This document shows positions 39,781 to 40,514 of a DNA stretch of 40,514 nt, piece after piece (the first letter of the stretch is position 1; each line of letters starts with the position of its first letter). The stretch lies in the NCBI GenBank assembly GCA_945903565.1, contig CAMDPA010000001.1, forward strand, positions 1-40,514, read 5' to 3'. The position numbers and the translations under genes were made by a program. This stretch comes from Devosia equisanguinis (GTDB lineage: Bacteria > Pseudomonadota > Alphaproteobacteria > Rhizobiales > Hyphomicrobiaceae). Below the pieces are notes generated by a model, which did no database searches, was not told the origin of the DNA, and saw only the letters and a program-made list of their open reading frames with translations.

Positions 39781-40419
39781 ATGACTTTTCCCGCAGTCAG
39801 CCCCCGTCCCCAAGCCACGGGAAGCAACGACGTCGCCGTTGTCGTTGTCCATGGCGTCGGCGACAACGAGCCGGGCAGCACGGTCAACTACGTCGTCAAG
39901 TCGCTCTGCAGCCAGGCCAAGGACCAACGTGGTGGCGCCGTCCCCACAGATCAGCTCGTGAAGGCCCAGCGTCAGAACGAGGTCTTCACGTTCCCCGAGC
40001 CCAATACCCCCTGGCAGCGCGCCGTGGTGAGGACGCAAGAGCAAGATGTTCCGAATCCTGCGGATCCCGCCCGCGATACGTTCACCGTCTTTGGCCGCCG
40101 GGCCGATCTTCCCGATGGAAGGAAGGCTGTGTTCTACGAGCTGCATTGGGCCGATCTCGCCCGCAGTGGCTCGACCTGGTGGGCAGCCGTCAAGGGATTT
40201 GCCCGCTTCGTGTTCGAGATCCCTCACGTCGTCGACGGGTTCTTGCGGGGAACACCGGGCGTTCTGGGTTGGCTCCTGCGCCGCTTCCTGCTGCTCGCCA
40301 CTTGCTTCGTACGCGGCCCCGTGGCCGGTTACTCTGTGGTGATGCTCGCTGGTGGGCTGATCTTCCTTAGGACAGATCGCAGAATAACCGCTACGAGTTC
40401 CCCGGTCTGCGTGGGCTGA
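39781..40419 (+). CDS. hypothetical membrane protein with alpha/beta-hydrolase-like N-terminus, probably 3'-truncated by IS insertion
   Basis: ATG after GGAG. VAVVVVHGVGDNEPGSTV and FYELHWADL motifs, then hydrophobic segments. The last 29 nt of the reading frame overlap the convergent transposase 3' end, so the terminal residues (about ...LRTDRRITATSSPVCVG) are probably IS-derived. Confidence 0.5.
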   Translation: MTFPAVSPRPQATGSNDVAVVVVHGVGDNEPGSTVNYVVKSLCSQAKDQRGGAVPTDQLVKAQRQNEVFTFPEPNTPWQRAVVRTQEQDVPNPADPARDTFTVFGRRADLPDGRKAVFYELHWADLARSGSTWWAAVKGFARFVFEIPHVVDGFLRGTPGVLGWLLRRFLLLATCFVRGPVAGYSVVMLAGGLIFLRTDRRITATSSPVCVG

Positions 40420-40514
40420 TTGTATAGTTCCATTCGGGATGGAAGTCATCGCCGACAAGCTTGACCGCCGCCAACTCGGCTTTGCTGACCTTGATGCCTT
40501 TCTCATAGGTTCGC
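40375..40514 (-). mobile_element. terminal part of an ISAzo13-family insertion sequence (partial; left boundary approximate)
   Basis: The transposase stop is at 40391-40393, so the IS end must lie a few to a few tens of nt to the left. The terminal inverted repeat cannot be defined without the other end. Confidence 0.5.
40391..40514 (-). CDS. ISAzo13-family DDE transposase, C-terminal 40 codons only (gene continues beyond the window)
   Basis: Minus-strand translation from the window edge: RTYEKGIKVSKAELAAVKLVGDDFHPEWNYTISPRRPGNS*. The ...FH(G/P)(D/E)WNYT... ending is characteristic of ISAzo13-type transposases as I recall them. Confidence 0.7.
   Translation of the reverse strand, partial: RTYEKGIKVSKAELAAVKLVGDDFHPEWNYTISPRRPGNS

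Noticed and set aside
39550-40506. 318-aa minus-strand ORF covering the last kilobase
   Set aside because: It is in a different frame from the recognisable transposase C-terminus and antisense to the plus-strand gene, which has an SD. Composition is Arg/Ala/Gly-rich shadow-type.

Overview
High-GC chromosomal segment with strong GC3 bias. Gene order and protein sequences read like core genome of an alphaproteobacterium of the Hyphomicrobiales/Bradyrhizobiaceae type; this is inference, no search was run. Left third: a GST, two orphan Bug/TctC solute receptors, an amidohydrolase, a hypothetical membrane-anchored protein, a DMT transporter and a di-haem cytochrome c peroxidase. Centre: tRNA-Leu(UAG), tig, two tandem clpP genes, clpX, lon (with a sigma-32-type promoter), hupB, tRNA-Val(UAC), carA, a GatB/YqeY protein, an LLM flavin oxidoreductase, dnaG and rpoD. 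Right third: a DUF4160/DUF2442 pair starting 10 nt after rpoD, two tandem DUF1330 genes, and a ThDP enzyme divergent from a non-canonical crotonase plus an alpha/beta hydrolase. Then comes the aa3 cytochrome oxidase cluster on the minus strand (ctaC-ctaD-ctaB-coxF-like-ctaG-ctaE ... DUF983-surf1), interrupted by a large YiiX-like permuted-papain gene. It is followed by an IalB-family protein and a membrane-protein gene that runs into the 3' end of an ISAzo13-type insertion sequence at the window edge. Intergenic DNA is packed with two families of structured repeats. No rRNA, CRISPR array, integrase or prophage was seen. The window is mostly housekeeping. The observations I rate highest are the clpP-clpP' pair with a homogenised core and divergent N-termini, the ThDP/crotonase/hydrolase/DUF1330 cluster, the YiiX-like gene inside the cox cluster, the rpoD-docked DUF4160/DUF2442 pair, and a 76-78 nt triple-hairpin repeat with compensatory substitutions. 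All coordinates were derived by hand from the sequence and the ORF track. Start codons marked uncertain are my choices.
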